This document shows, in pieces, positions 62,285 to 64,000 of a stretch of 64,000 nt of DNA (position 1 is its first letter; the number at the start of each line of letters is the position of its first letter). The notes beneath the pieces were generated by a model, which was not told the DNA's origin, ran no database searches, and saw nothing but the letters and a program-made list of their open reading frames with translations. Both the position numbers and the translations under genes were made by a program. The stretch lies in assembly GCF_009914755.1 (NCBI RefSeq), contig NC_060931.1; one strand, given 5' to 3'. Source of the stretch: the human T2T-CHM13v2.0 reference genome, Homo sapiens.

Positions 62285-64000
62285 GTTTGGTTTTTCAGTT
62301 TATGGCACTTTTCATTAATATGCTCCTAAAAAATCAAAACAAAAAGCAAATATCATTAGCTCTAGAGCAAACATTCCTCCTTAGATTGAGTTTGAAATGG
62401 GGCATATAAACTAGTAAATTTTATGACATTTCTAAGTATTATGCCAACATTGGCATTAAAAAAAAAAAAAATGGGCCTGTCTTCCACTGGACCATAAGAC
62501 CTCAAGGAGGGTCTGTCTTACCCTGCTGTGTCTTCAGCTAACTGAATGACCAAAGAGTAAAAGTGTGTTATCAAGCTTGTGAATAGAAGAGAATGCCTTC
62601 TTATTCTCATGGATTATGCATCTATAAGAAACTTTTGATATTTAGCTCCAAACCTTCAGTTTGCAGATGATGTCCAAAGAGGTTAAGCTGCTTATCTAGT
62701 TGTGGAACAAATTATTTGTAGACATGGGGCTGGAATTGAGGTCAGCTGGCTCACTCCAGTACATGATGCCACTTCATTTTTGATATGACATAATTCAAGT
62801 GCCACTACCATAAGCATTTACAGCAAGGGCTTCCGATTTCAATACCAGGGACCTCTTCATGTTTTTCGATTTAAGTTTGTAAAATAATATGTTAAGAAGT
62901 ACAGAACTGCAATTTTAAATATCCCAGCAATTATCATGATTGACAGAGTAATGTTAATACATCAAATGGATCAACTGTTCTTTGATATTACTGTAAGATC
63001 AACAGGAAACAGATGCTGGAAAAAAATCTGTATGTGCATGGGTGTTTTCCTCCTAAGAAATAACTCAAAATAGGTGACATTTTGAAAAGAAAATGAAAAA
63101 ATAAGTAAGTTTAATAAGAAAGCCACATTCAAGTTTAGCTGGAGAGCTTCCACAGTCAACTCAACCTATTGTAAAGGAATGGAATTCAAAAGGAAATTTT
63201 GATGGATGAATCCCATTTGCCAGCAGTACATATCTATTTTAGATTGTATTTTGATATTTATGTTTCAATATTGTTGCCTGATCTAGTAATTCACAGAATG
63301 TGTCAAGAAAATAGTAATAATGGCACATCTCTGAAGGACACTGAAAAGAAGTGAGACATGCACTTTTTTTATTCACTGGACTAGGCAGGTGGGCTTCAGC
63401 AGGGTTCTGGGGGGCGGGGGAGTCTGGACAGCTCCCAAAAGTCCAATGCTCTTAGGCTAGCTCTCTTTCTTCTGCACAACATACCCTAAAGAAAAAACAA
63501 CACTTAAACTGAGTTGTGTGTCATTGATTTCCTTTGTTAATTATCTGAACAGCTTCCACGTAATAGAAAAAGTCAATGTTATATATCTATTTCAACTACC
63601 TAGCCACAGGCTAGGAAAATACTAAAAGGAAACAAGATACTGAAGTATCCACAAACCATCACATAAAAGCAGAAAAAAACCTCCGCTTTTTAAATGAAAA
63701 CCCCAACTGGTTATAAATCCTCTGTTGGCTTCTGGCAAAACTGAACTCAGCTTTCATAACATATACATGCTTTTCCTGCCAGCTAATTTTCCAAAATAAC
63801 TTCACTCTTATCTGAGTGTGACCTAGGAAAATTTCTTTGAAAGTGTGATAAGCAGTTACGCACCAGGTACTTGATGTTCTATTTCACTGTTTCCATGGCC
63901 TGCTCAGGCCACACCTTGCAGTGGATGCTGCATGTACCTGCCACCCATTTGTATCTCCCAACAAACCTGTTTCTAAACTCATCCCTAAGACCACAATATA

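Overview
This is human (primate) genomic DNA, recognisable as the WNT16-FAM3C locus (7q31.31, a well-known bone-mineral-density GWAS region). On the + strand lies the complete WNT16 gene: alternative first exons 1a (4731-4795) and 1b (8609-8703), then shared exons 2-4, giving 355-aa and 365-aa proteins, with a CpG island over exon 1b to intron 2. On the - strand lie all nine coding exons of FAM3C/ILEI (227 aa, ATG at 62284, stop at 29777) and its 3'UTR; the promoter and non-coding exon 1 are outside the window. The two genes converge, with 3' ends about 7.7 kb apart. All exon boundaries were read from GT/AG sites and sum to the expected CDS lengths. The rest is interspersed repeats: the 3' end of a HERV-H provirus (LTR7) inserted in an L1PA, about 10 Alus, THE1, Tigger, MER, L1M, L3, MIR and microsatellites. 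I found no evidence of a wholly new biological system, and most of the supplied six-frame ORFs are repeat-derived or chance. The best second-look items are these. (1) Both WNT16 first exons carry an out-of-frame ATG just upstream of the start codon, and both feed the same overlapping reading frame, which stops at the same TGA in exon 2. (2) Two unexplained local duplications bracket WNT16 exon 1b and exon 3. (3) A sense-oriented HERV-H LTR7 and a long Z-DNA-type tract lie upstream of exon 1a. (4) FAM3C has a 6-codon uORF and a 30-nt exon whose acceptor relies on a T11 tract. Repeat subfamily names and SNP identifiers are from memory and need a database check.
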